A stretch of 64,000 nt of DNA from Desulfarculia bacterium (GTDB lineage Bacteria > Desulfobacterota > Desulfarculia > Adiutricales > JAGVGV01), in assembly GCA_963662445.1 (NCBI GenBank), contig OY759590.1:1388449-1452448 (forward strand), written 5' to 3'. Positions 21,788 through 31,122 of this stretch are shown in pieces (the stretch's first letter is position 1; the number at the start of each line of letters is the position of its first letter). The notes beneath the pieces are model-generated. The model made no database searches. It was not told where the DNA came from and saw nothing but the letters and a program-made list of their open reading frames with translations. Both the position numbers and the translations under genes were made by a program.

Positions 21788-22246
21788 ATGTCCAAGCAAG
21801 AAATACAGCCGTTCGCCATCCTCGGCCGTTTCGTCCATCTGGTCAAGATGTGGCAACGGATAGAAAAACAGCCGCGCTTCTTCGGCCTGGACGAGCCCCT
21901 CCACAGTTCCGAGATACACATGATAGAAGTGATCGGGGAACAAAGGGACCTCAGCGTCTCCGATTTGGCCAGGCAGTTGGGCATAACCAAGGGCGCTGTG
22001 TCTCAAACAATTAAAAAGATAGAAAAAAAAGGAATGATAGTCAAAGATGCCGACCCGGACAATGCTTCCAGGGCACTGGTCAGCCTGACCGCCAAGGGCA
22101 AGCTGGCCTATTATGCCCATGCCCACTGGCATGAAAAGATGGATGGCGGCTTCCGGGATTATTTTACCAGCCTGCCGCAGGACAAGCTGGCTTTTCTGGA
22201 TGAATTTCTGACCCAGGTGGAGAAGTTTTTTCAGAAGAGGATCTAG
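21788..22246 (+). CDS. MarR family transcriptional regulator
   Basis: SEIHMI...VSDLARQLGITKGAVSQTIKKIEKKG...LTAKG. Confidence 0.9.
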   Translation: MSKQEIQPFAILGRFVHLVKMWQRIEKQPRFFGLDEPLHSSEIHMIEVIGEQRDLSVSDLARQLGITKGAVSQTIKKIEKKGMIVKDADPDNASRALVSLTAKGKLAYYAHAHWHEKMDGGFRDYFTSLPQDKLAFLDEFLTQVEKFFQKRI

Positions 22247-22259
22247 TTTTTTTTCACTA

Positions 22260-22282
22260 AAGAGTTAAGTTGCTAAACACTT
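22260..22282 (+). promoter_or_regulatory. Second candidate MarR operator upstream of the methyltransferase
   Basis: AAGAGTTAAGTTGCTAAACACTT shares GCTAWACACTT with 21760-21782. Confidence 0.55.
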
Positions 22283-22301
22283 ATAGGGGAAAGGAAATAG
22301 A

Positions 22302-22859
22302 ATGATGTCCATATTCACCGGAAGCCGCATGGATCGCATGCCGGATGTAGCCTTCAGGGGCATGTCCCTGCTTTTCTGGATAAGGGACCGTTTTGTCGCC
22401 GTCAGCCGTCTCCTGGAAGAATTTGACCTCCAACCCGGCCAGACCGTCATCGACTATGGCTGCGGGCCGGGATCATACATCGCGGGGGCTTCCCGCCTGG
22501 TGGGACCGGCGGGCCGCGTCTGGGCCGTGGACATCCATGAACTGGCTGTCCAGGCCGTGGAACGCAGGATAATCAGGGAAAAACTGAACAATGTCTCGGC
22601 CTGCCTGGCTCCGGACGGCGCATGTCCCTTGCCTGCGGATACGGCCGACCGGGTTTATGCCCTGGACATGTTCCACATGGTCAGAGACACAGGAGCTTTT
22701 CTGAGAGAAATAAACCGTCTGACCAAGCCGTCCGGACTTCTCTATATCGACAACGGCCACCAGTCCCGCCGCGAGGCCCGCCGCAAGATAATGGAATCCT
22801 CCGCCTGGGAAATTGTCGAGGAATCCCCCCGGTTCATGAGGTGCCGACCGGTAAAATAG
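22302..22859 (+). CDS. Class I SAM-dependent methyltransferase
   Basis: VIDYGCGPG motif I, AVDI motif II. Confidence 0.85.
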   Translation: MMSIFTGSRMDRMPDVAFRGMSLLFWIRDRFVAVSRLLEEFDLQPGQTVIDYGCGPGSYIAGASRLVGPAGRVWAVDIHELAVQAVERRIIREKLNNVSACLAPDGACPLPADTADRVYALDMFHMVRDTGAFLREINRLTKPSGLLYIDNGHQSRREARRKIMESSAWEIVEESPRFMRCRPVK

Positions 22860-22875
22860 GAAAGGAAACAGGATG

Positions 22876-23415
22876 TTAGCTTTCGCAGAAATTTGAACAC
22901 TCGAAAACCGCGTAAGCCAGATGTATGCGGGCCGCTTTCTCCTTTTGCTTCTCCGTCAGCCGGGGAAAATCCAGTTCCCCGATCAGGCGCTCAGCCTCCG
23001 CCCTGGTGGGGATGGCTTCGAAACCGGTCCCGGCCACCCGGCCCGAGGCCGTTTCCAGAAGCTCCGCCTCCACGCCGTTGGTTACCACCGTATAAGGCGG
23101 CATGACCTCGAAAGCCAGCCGGGAAGCGGCTATGGCTTCCTGTTCCCTGGTCACCAATGATCCTCGGGCGCACTTGACGGTCAGCAGAGGCCTCCCGTCA
23201 ATAATTACCGACAGTTCCGCACGGCCCGGTTTCCTTTCATCGCCCAAGGCAACCTCAAAAAAACGGTCCACCTCTATATCGGCTGGCGCATATCCTTTTT
23301 CTTCAACAAGCAGACGTTCCAGCTTCTGGCGTATCTGCTCATCGTCGCAATCGGGCATATCCCTTCCGGTCAGATAGTCCTTGATCGTCCCGCCGGTCAG
23401 ACTGCAATAGCTCAT
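22876..23415 (-). CDS. Stand-alone type I restriction HsdR N-terminal-like domain protein
   Basis: EQIRQKLERLLVEEKGY...VVTNG pattern. Confidence 0.7.
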   Translation of the reverse strand: MSYCSLTGGTIKDYLTGRDMPDCDDEQIRQKLERLLVEEKGYAPADIEVDRFFEVALGDERKPGRAELSVIIDGRPLLTVKCARGSLVTREQEAIAASRLAFEVMPPYTVVTNGVEAELLETASGRVAGTGFEAIPTRAEAERLIGELDFPRLTEKQKEKAARIHLAYAVFECSNFCES

Positions 23416-23603
23416 GTCTTCACCACCCTTGTCTCGTGATTATAATCTATATCCCCGGCCGCCGATTTCAACCCGGAGGAGCGGCCCCGGCCTTTTCTAT
23501 GAAGTCAGGCCGCCAGGCTTGATGGGGAAGCGGCTTACCCATTGATTTTATCCCGGGAATACAGTATGTCTTAAAGCAAATTTTCGGAGCAAGGTGAGTG
23601 CAT

Positions 23604-24359
23604 ATGTCCAAAATCGGGCGAAACGACCCCTGTCCCTGCGGAAGCGGTAAAAAATTCAAAAACTGCCACATGGACCGTGAGGAAGAACTTGTAGCCAAGC
23701 GTCTGGAAGGCCTGCCCGAAGGCACGGCCGAAAAGATCTGCGGCCTGCCGGAAGTCTCCTACGGCCGGTGCCGGGAGATAATGGACCGGCTCAACCTGGC
23801 CGAACTCACCGGGACGCCTACCGGCCTGCGCTTCATCGACCTGGAAGCCTACCTTAAACTAGGCTTTGTCCCCAAGGAACCGCCCAAGAATCTGTCCGCG
23901 ATGAGCGCCGGACAGATGGTCAACCCTTTCAAAACCATTCAAGCCGACCCGGACCATATCTACCTGGCTTTGACTCCGGCGGTGAGCGACTCCACTCTGA
24001 TTCACCAGATCGCTCATGCCCTGGACTACCTGGCCGGCTCAAAAATCAACCCCGGACTGGCCGGACCGCTGAGTCTGGAGCTGGAACTGCCCTCCGAACT
24101 CATTGAACACCCAAGGGAATTCGGACGCTGGCTGGAATTCCTGCGTAACGAATTCGGTGTGGAAATGGACGCAGAAGACACCATCGTCAGTTTTCTCTAT
24201 GAAAAAGGTTACCTGATCCCCGGCGAAATCATCGCTTCCAACAAAATGGACCTGCTCGAAGGCATGGCCAAGCGGACAATTGCCTTCCTCAAGGACAGCC
24301 GGTCCGAAATAGACGCCCTCATCCGCAACCGCGTCGGATATATGGAAAATCAGGCCTGA
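23604..24359 (+). CDS. SEC-C metal-binding domain protein with an HQxxH region
   Basis: IGRNDPCPCGSGKKFKNCH; LIHQIAHALD. Confidence 0.8.
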   Translation: MSKIGRNDPCPCGSGKKFKNCHMDREEELVAKRLEGLPEGTAEKICGLPEVSYGRCREIMDRLNLAELTGTPTGLRFIDLEAYLKLGFVPKEPPKNLSAMSAGQMVNPFKTIQADPDHIYLALTPAVSDSTLIHQIAHALDYLAGSKINPGLAGPLSLELELPSELIEHPREFGRWLEFLRNEFGVEMDAEDTIVSFLYEKGYLIPGEIIASNKMDLLEGMAKRTIAFLKDSRSEIDALIRNRVGYMENQA

Positions 24360-24382
24360 ACCTCCGCCGCGAAGAATATATT

Positions 24383-24415
24383 CAGCAGTTTCCAGGAGAA
24401 ACCTGGAAACTGCTG
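24383..24415 (+). terminator. Stem-loop after the SEC-C gene
   Basis: CAGCAGTTTCCAGG-AGAAA-CCTGGAAACTGCTG, perfect 14-bp stem. Confidence 0.65.
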
Positions 24416-24468
24416 TTCATGAAAAAAGGTTCCCCGACCCGATAAATAACCGGGATAATCTCCCGGCT

Positions 24469-24780
24469 CAGACTGTTGACAACCCTCTTTGTTGTCTTTA
24501 TCAACCTGACCGGAACCCCAAAGCCGATTTTCCGGTTTCCCCATTCTTTGGCGAACATGGACGTTCGCCCCCCGGCGAAGGGCATGGATGCCCGTTCGAC
24601 GGGTTAAAAAGGCCGGGGGTTCCAAGGGGACGCGGCCGCCTGGGCGTCCCCTTGGTCTGGGCGGGAAAGACTGGCCGAAGTCATCACACGTTGCGGCAGG
24701 GGCGAAGCACCCCGCCTGTATAGTTGCTCTCGGAGCCTTCTTCTCTTTCAACGGCTTTGGGGGGCTTTGTCAACAAGCTC
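24469..24780 (+). mobile_element. MITE copy 2, flanked by a 17-bp hairpin direct repeat
   Basis: CAGACTGTTGACAA ... TTGTCAACAAGCTC; DR CCGGGATAATCTCCCGG at 24450-24466 and 24783-24799. Confidence 0.88.
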
Positions 24781-25078
24781 AGCCGGGATAATCTCCCGGT
24801 TTTCCGCGCCCATATTCTCCAGACCGTTCACATTCTCATTGTTTCCGGTCCGCAGGGACCCGGTTTTTCGGTCACCTGTCCGCCTGATTTCCCGGCGCAC
24901 CGGTGGACCGGCTGTACGGATGTCTGGTCCGCACAAAGCATTTTTTGTTTATTTTCAGTTGGATTATGCGGAGTTTGTTTATGTTGGTATATACTAGTTA
25001 CATCGTTTCCGATATGAGCCAGAAACCGGCTGGACATTTTCGGTAGTGCGGAAGTAACAAGCCAAAGGAGAAGGGGAG

Positions 25079-25309
25079 ATGAAGGAACTGCTCAAGTACG
25101 TAGCGGAGGCGCTGGTGGACCATCCTGAACAGGTATTTGTCACCGAGGTGGTTGGACAGCAATCCATTGTTCTGGAGTTGAAGGTCGCCAAGGAAGACAT
25201 GGGCAAGGTTATCGGCAAGGGAGGACAGACGGCCAACGCCATCAGGAATCTTTTGAGCGCCGCTTCCGGCAAGCAACAGAAGCGTTTTGTCTTGGAGATA
25301 CTGGACTAA
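25079..25309 (+). CDS. khpA: KH-domain RNA-binding protein KhpA
   Basis: LVDHPE...[17 protein letters not shown]; strong RBS. Confidence 0.9.
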   Translation: MKELLKYVAEALVDHPEQVFVTEVVGQQSIVLELKVAKEDMGKVIGKGGQTANAIRNLLSAASGKQQKRFVLEILD

Positions 25310-25452
25310 AACGCAGCTTTTGTCTGCCTGAACCGGGAGGGTGCGTTCGGGAAAGGCTGCAACATTACTGAAAATAATAAACCCCGGCCAGAGTGGACGG
25401 GGTTATGAACTGCTTTGAAGGGCGGCCGGCGGCCGCCCTTGTTTTATGGATT

Positions 25453-27411
25453 TCAGTCGAGCAGAGAATTGATGAAGCAGCCGCCGCTGCTGCCGCTGGC
25501 TCCGCCGCCGGTCCGGGAGGCCGGGGCGCCGGGGTCGACGATACGTCCGTCGGCGGCCAGATCGGCGTCGCCCTTGGCGCCGTCGGTCAGATTGAGGGTG
25601 ATAGTGGTGACGCCGGGCTGCTGGTCGATCTCCGCGCCGACGCCGTCGGCCAGTCCGAAATCGTACCAGTGGTTGGCCGCGTTGTCCGGGGTGGGACCGT
25701 ATTTATAGTATTCGTTGAGGGTGACCCTGAGTTCGTGCAGGATAAGCACAACCTGGGTGGAAGCTCCGGCAGCCAGACCTTCGACGGTGAAGGCGAAACC
25801 GCCCAGGGGGCAGGAGATGCGCTCCGGCAGGTTTTCCTGGTCCGGGGCCGGGAAAAAGGAGACGCTGCTCAGAGCCGTACCGTCTTCGGAAACCAGGGTG
25901 GCCCAGCCGCCGGCGTTATCCTGGAAGGTGGCCACATTGTCCTGCTGGGAATCCGGCAGGCCGTCGTCATTGCCGTCGCCGTTGTTGGGGCCGGCGTCTT
26001 CCAGCTCGTCGCTGACGCCGTCGGTGTCGGTATCCGGGCCGAAGACGGCGGTGACGGTCTGGTCGCCGGTGATGGTGACCACGGCCGGGCCGCTGCCCAT
26101 GCCGGTTACGCCCGTCCAGCCTTCAAAGGCCGACCCGGCTTCGGGAATGGCGGTCAGGGTGACCTGTGAACCGGTGGCGAAACTATGGGAACCCTGGTCG
26201 GCGCAGTCGATGCCAACCGGGGAACTGACCACCCGCCCCGCGCCGGAGCCGGATATTTCCACGTTCAGCACGCTGGGGTAGAAGATGGCCACGCCGTTGG
26301 GGTTAAGGGCATCCGTCAGGGTGATGAGGGAAGAACTGAAATCCGCCGTGTTCAGCAGCAGAAGCTGGTTGTTGTTCACCCCTTGAGGATTGGAGGCCAG
26401 CAGTTGTGTTCCGTCCGGGGTAATGGCCAGGGTTTCGACGCCGAAAAACTGTCCGGTGGTGGCTACAGGCAGGTCGGCCACGCCCGTGCCGCCCAGGGTG
26501 ACGTCGCCGGGGCCGTTGACTTGCAGCCAGGCCATCTGATCGACCGGCACGGGGTCAGCAGAGGGATCGGCGGTGCTGGTTCTGATGTAGGCCTTGGTTC
26601 CGTCAGGGGAGAAGACCACTGTCTGGGCGTTCCCCGGCAGGCCGTCCACGCTGCCGGTCAGGGCCAGGACGCCGTTGGTCAGGGAAAAGACCTGGATATT
26701 CTTGTTAAAGGCCACGGGGACCAGGACCGTGCGCCCGTCAGGGCTGACGGCCACGTTGAGAGGGCGATTGGCAGCGGGCGGGTCGCCCGAATCGGGCAGG
26801 GCGATGGCTGTCTCACTCTCCAGGCCGGTGCGGTCGGCGTTGACCGGGCCGTAGATGACTTGCCCGCCAAAATAGTCAATAATAATGACCGTTCCGCCGT
26901 CCGGGCTGATGGCCGTGGCCGCGGCGTAGCGCTGGTCGGTGGTGACCGGATCGACGGCCAGGGTGTAAGTGGCGACCGTGTTGTCGGCCAGGTTGATGAA
27001 GTCCAGCCCGCTGCTAAAACCGCCGTCGGTGACCACGGCCCAGGAGGCGTCCGGGGCGACGGTGATATCCTCGGCAAACATGGAAATATCGATCTGGGCG
27101 GCGACTGAGGGGTTGGCCGGGTCGGTCAGATCGACCCGGAAGACCTTACTGTCGCCGAAATTGGAAACCAGGGCGTAGTTGTCGCCCCGGTTCACCACGG
27201 CCACGTCCAGCAGCTGTCCGCCGGCCGTCCCCAACTCGCCCTGGAGCAGGGGGCCGTAGACGGTGGGGGGAGTGGTCCCCAGGTCGATGGTGTACAGTTC
27301 GGCCTCCTGTTCCGCCACCACGGCCCAGGGTTCGGCCGAAACCAGGGAAGATGTCCCGAGCAGCAGGGCAACAGCCAGAGTCAGAAACAGCAATCCTTTA
27401 CAGTGTTTCAT
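25453..27411 (-). CDS. Secreted/surface protein: YncE-like beta-propeller, bacterial repeat, choice-of-anchor U-like domain, Gly-rich GGCFI C-terminal sorting tail
   Basis: Signal peptide; repeated (S/T)PDG blades; YYKYGPTPDN...TDGAKGDAD...IVDPG; ends GGGASGSSGGCFINSLLD. Confidence 0.75.
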   Translation of the reverse strand: MKHCKGLLFLTLAVALLLGTSSLVSAEPWAVVAEQEAELYTIDLGTTPPTVYGPLLQGELGTAGGQLLDVAVVNRGDNYALVSNFGDSKVFRVDLTDPANPSVAAQIDISMFAEDITVAPDASWAVVTDGGFSSGLDFINLADNTVATYTLAVDPVTTDQRYAAATAISPDGGTVIIIDYFGGQVIYGPVNADRTGLESETAIALPDSGDPPAANRPLNVAVSPDGRTVLVPVAFNKNIQVFSLTNGVLALTGSVDGLPGNAQTVVFSPDGTKAYIRTSTADPSADPVPVDQMAWLQVNGPGDVTLGGTGVADLPVATTGQFFGVETLAITPDGTQLLASNPQGVNNNQLLLLNTADFSSSLITLTDALNPNGVAIFYPSVLNVEISGSGAGRVVSSPVGIDCADQGSHSFATGSQVTLTAIPEAGSAFEGWTGVTGMGSGPAVVTITGDQTVTAVFGPDTDTDGVSDELEDAGPNNGDGNDDGLPDSQQDNVATFQDNAGGWATLVSEDGTALSSVSFFPAPDQENLPERISCPLGGFAFTVEGLAAGASTQVVLILHELRVTLNEYYKYGPTPDNAANHWYDFGLADGVGAEIDQQPGVTTITLNLTDGAKGDADLAADGRIVDPGAPASRTGGGASGSSGGCFINSLLD

Positions 27412-27709
27412 CAGTCACCTCGGTGAATGTAGGGGCTCCCCGGCTGGAGAAAACCCCGGAAAAGAGTTTTACAAGCCCGCAAAACCAGATAAGAAACAGT
27501 CAACCATCTGCAATCTGATCAATACTCCGCTGCGGCGCGGGCCGCTTTTGGTTGTTGGGGGAAAATACATTGGATAGAACAGGTTTGCCCCGGACCAGGC
27601 AGGCCGATAAACCCGTCCGGCAGGCCAACCGGCTCCTTTTTATCAGAGAATCAGGGAAAAAAGCAAGAAACATCAGCAGGCTGGTGAGCGTCGAGAATCC
27701 TGAAGGAAC

Positions 27710-29137
27710 TTATTCGCCAGCCGTTCCTTCAGAATTAATGCCGAATATTTTCAGCCATTTCCAGACAGTAACCCGGCTGACCCCCAGCAGGGCGGCGGCC
27801 CGCGACTGATTCCCCCCGGTCCGGGCCAGGGCCTCCAGCAGGGCCTCCCGGCGGGCTTCGGGGCCGGGCCGGAGTTTGAGACCGGCCTGGTTTGCCGATG
27901 TTTTTTCATCCCGAGAGGGGACGGCGGGTGACGAACCGGTCAGGTGCGGGGGGAGTTGGTCCAGGCGGACAGGGCCGCCTTCGCTGAGCACCCAGGCGTA
28001 TTCGAGGGCCCCTTTCAGTTGCCGGACGTTGCCGGGCCAGGCGTGGCGGAGGAAGAGGTCCATGACCGGGCCGCTGAGACCGGGGATGTCCTTGGGGTGG
28101 CGTTCGTGCATGGCCTGCAGGAAATGCTCCGCCAGCAGGGGAATGTCTTCGGTCCGTTCCCGCAGGGGCGGCAGGTGGATGGGGATGATGTTGATGCGGA
28201 AGAAGAGGTCGCCCCGGAAGCGCTTTTCCGCCACCAGGCTTTCCAGGTGGCGGTGAGTGGCGGCGATGACCCGGACGTCGATGGGAATGGGCCGGTGGTC
28301 GCCGACGCGTTCAAGCTGCTTGGATTCGATGATCCGCAGGAGCTTGACCTGGGTGGTGAGGGGCATGTCGCCGATTTCATCCAGGAAGATGTCCCCGCCG
28401 TGGGCGGCTTCGAAACGGCCCTGCCGGTGGCGGTAGGCCCCGGTGAAGGCGCCTTTGACGTGGCCGAAGAGTTCGCTTTCGAGGATGGATTCGTTCAGGG
28501 CCGCGCAGTTGAGCTGGATGAAGGGGCCGTCCGGGCTGCGGCCGAGGTCGTGGATGGCTTGCGCAGCCAGTTCCTTGCCGGTGCCGCTTTCCCCGTAGAT
28601 GATGATGGGACCGCCCGACTGGGCGGCTTTTTCCATGATGGCAAAAGCTCTCCGCATGGCCGGGGAGCGGCCGACCAGACCGTGAAAGCCGTGATCGCCG
28701 TCTAAGCGTCGGGATAGTTCGAGGATCTTTCTTTCCCTGCGTTCCAGTTCGGAAATGTCGGTCAGGGTCTCCACCACGCCGATGACCCGGCCCCGGGCAT
28801 CCTTGAGCTGGGAAGCGTTCTTGAGCACGGTCAGGTACGAACCGTCCTTGCGGATCATGCGGCAGCGGCGGCTTTCCACGTTTTCGTTGCCCGGATCGAA
28901 CAGGCGGCACCACTGGTCCGTGTCCGGGCTGAGAACCAGTTCGCAGGCGTCGCAGTTGAAGATGGTGCAGGCCTGTCCGAGCATTTCTCCAGTCTGAAAG
29001 CCGGTCATTTTTTCCAGGGCCTGGTTGGCGACCTGAACCCGGCCGTCCCGCCCGACCACCAACAGTCCCTCGGACATCGTGTCGATGATCTCCGGCCAAT
29101 GGGCGTTCAGCCCTTCGCCTTTCTGTCTGGCTCCCAT
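27710..29137 (-). CDS. PAS-domain sigma54-dependent transcriptional activator
   Basis: GESGTGKE, GAFTGA, WPGNVRQL, Fis HTH; Cys-rich PAS domain. Confidence 0.92.
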   Translation of the reverse strand: MGARQKGEGLNAHWPEIIDTMSEGLLVVGRDGRVQVANQALEKMTGFQTGEMLGQACTIFNCDACELVLSPDTDQWCRLFDPGNENVESRRCRMIRKDGSYLTVLKNASQLKDARGRVIGVVETLTDISELERRERKILELSRRLDGDHGFHGLVGRSPAMRRAFAIMEKAAQSGGPIIIYGESGTGKELAAQAIHDLGRSPDGPFIQLNCAALNESILESELFGHVKGAFTGAYRHRQGRFEAAHGGDIFLDEIGDMPLTTQVKLLRIIESKQLERVGDHRPIPIDVRVIAATHRHLESLVAEKRFRGDLFFRINIIPIHLPPLRERTEDIPLLAEHFLQAMHERHPKDIPGLSGPVMDLFLRHAWPGNVRQLKGALEYAWVLSEGGPVRLDQLPPHLTGSSPAVPSRDEKTSANQAGLKLRPGPEARREALLEALARTGGNQSRAAALLGVSRVTVWKWLKIFGINSEGTAGE

Positions 29138-29180
29138 ATGCCACTCTCCCCGCGCCTGTTGATTATGGACCCCGATCGAC

Positions 29181-29258
29181 TATTGTTAACAATATAGCAC
29201 AGACGACAACGTTAATGTTTGCATTAATATTATCGGTCACTGTTAATGTGATTAACAG
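29181..29258. promoter_or_regulatory. Candidate enhancer (UAS) palindromes for the sigma54 activator
   Basis: TATTGTTAACAATA (29181-29194) and CTGTTAAT-GTG-ATTAACAG (29240-29258). Confidence 0.5.
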
Positions 29259-29362
29259 TAGAGGCAACATTCACCGGACACATTATCGGCTCAAGCCTGC
29301 GGTCGAGCAGACCTGCACCCATAAAAATCAGCATGTTGGGCATTTTTTCCGCGGTGGGGCCG

Positions 29363-29379
29363 TTGGTATGCCCTTTGCT
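29363..29379 (+). promoter_or_regulatory. sigma54 -24/-12 promoter of the octaheme cytochrome operon
   Basis: TTGGTATGCCCTTTGCT (GG-N10-GC). Confidence 0.75.
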
Positions 29380-29476
29380 ACCGGTTATACTGCTTTTACA
29401 GGTCAAAGTTAGGGTTCTGTTCGTCCGGGCGGTCCGGTGATCCGTCCCGGTTATCAGTTGTGCCATGGGAGGTTGC

Positions 29477-31111
29477 ATGTCCAGTAAGGTAATAGCCGTG
29501 AAATCGGGAGGAAAGCTGCTGCTCTGGTCTACCGGAGCGCTGTTGGCCATCCTGGCGCTGCTGCTCTCGCCGGCGGCTCGGGCGTCGGTGGGCGACGCGG
29601 AACAGATTCCGCAACGCTGGATGACCACGGACCACGCCAAGCATGAGGCGCTGCAAAAGGAGTTTGCCAGCGGACCGGAAGTGACTCAGGCCTGCCTGAG
29701 CTGCCACACCGAGGCGGCCATGCAGTTCCAGCAGACCATCCACTGGACCTGGCTGGCCCCCACGGCCACGGAAGAGGTCAAGCTGGGCAAGGCCGGACCG
29801 GTGATCAACAATTTCTGCGTCTCGCTGCCGTCCAACGAGCCCCGCTGCACATCGTGCCATGCCGGTTACGGCTGGAAGGACAAGACCTTCGATTTCAGCG
29901 ACCAGGCCAAGGTTGACTGTCTGGTCTGCCACGACCGGACCGGCACCTATGTCAAGTTCCCGGCCGGAGCGGGCAACCCGGTGAGCGAGCCGACCGTGTT
30001 CAAGGCCGACGGCAAGGAGTATCTGCCTCCGGACTGGAACAAGGTGGCCCAGAGCGTGGGCCGCCCGACCCGCGATAACTGCGGAGTGTGTCACTTCTTC
30101 GGCGGCGGCGGCGACGGGGTCAAGCACGGCGACCTGGATTCGTCCATGTTCAAGCCGAACAAGGACCTGGATGTCCACATGGCCTTAGAGGGAGCCAATT
30201 TCACCTGCACCCGCTGCCACACCACGGTCAAACACGAGGTGGCCGGCCGTTCGTACAAGACTCCGGCCACGGACAAGCCGGTCACGCTGCTGGAAGACGA
30301 CCTGGCTTCGCGCATAAGCTGCGTCTCCTGCCACACGGCCAAGTCTCACCAGCCCGGCGTCAAGGCCAACGACCACACGGATAAGGTGGCCTGCCAGTCC
30401 TGCCACATCCCCGAATATGCCCGCAAGCTGCCGACCAAGATGTATTGGGACTGGTCCACGGCGGGCAAGATGAAGGACGGCAAGCCTTACAAGGAACCCG
30501 GCCCCCTGGAGAGGCCGTCTTATGACTCCATGAAGGGCAACTTCGTCTGGGGCAAGGACGTGGTTCCCGAGTACCGCTGGTGGAACGGGGCCATGGAAAA
30601 CGTCATGGCCGGAACCCCCATCGATCCCACCCGGACGGTCAACCTGACGGTTATCCTCGGGGAGATGGGCGACGGCCGCAGCCTGATCTATCCTTTCAAG
30701 ATCCACCGGGGCAAGACCATGTATGATCAGGCCAACAAGACCATGGTCGTGCCCAAGCTCTTCGGCAAGAAGGAAGACGGAGCCTACTGGGGCGGCTGGG
30801 ACTGGCCCAGGTCCATTCAGGCAGGCATGGACTACGTGGGCCTGCCTTTCAGCGGCCAGGTCGGCTTTGTCGAAACCGAATACGCCTTCCCCATCACTCA
30901 TCAGGTCGCACCCAAGGAGAATGTAGTCTCCTGTGAGGAATGTCACAGCCGGGGCGGCCGCCTGGCCAATCTGGGCGGGTTCTATATGCCTGGACGCGAC
31001 GCGAACCAAGGACTTAACACCGTGGGCTGGCTGGTGATCATCGGCTCTCTGGCCGGGGTCTTCATCCACGGCGCGGTGCGGGTGGTCGCCCGCAAAAGGA
31101 ACGGGAAGTAG
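29477..31111 (+). CDS. Octaheme c-type cytochrome, tetrathionate reductase (OTR) family, with C-terminal membrane anchor
   Basis: Eight CxxCH (CLSCH, CTSCH, CLVCH, CGVCH, CTRCH, CVSCH, CQSCH, CEECH); INNFC; GGGGDGVKHGDLD. Confidence 0.92.
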   Translation: MSSKVIAVKSGGKLLLWSTGALLAILALLLSPAARASVGDAEQIPQRWMTTDHAKHEALQKEFASGPEVTQACLSCHTEAAMQFQQTIHWTWLAPTATEEVKLGKAGPVINNFCVSLPSNEPRCTSCHAGYGWKDKTFDFSDQAKVDCLVCHDRTGTYVKFPAGAGNPVSEPTVFKADGKEYLPPDWNKVAQSVGRPTRDNCGVCHFFGGGGDGVKHGDLDSSMFKPNKDLDVHMALEGANFTCTRCHTTVKHEVAGRSYKTPATDKPVTLLEDDLASRISCVSCHTAKSHQPGVKANDHTDKVACQSCHIPEYARKLPTKMYWDWSTAGKMKDGKPYKEPGPLERPSYDSMKGNFVWGKDVVPEYRWWNGAMENVMAGTPIDPTRTVNLTVILGEMGDGRSLIYPFKIHRGKTMYDQANKTMVVPKLFGKKEDGAYWGGWDWPRSIQAGMDYVGLPFSGQVGFVETEYAFPITHQVAPKENVVSCEECHSRGGRLANLGGFYMPGRDANQGLNTVGWLVIIGSLAGVFIHGAVRVVARKRNGK

Positions 31112-31122
31112 GAGGAAGAGCC

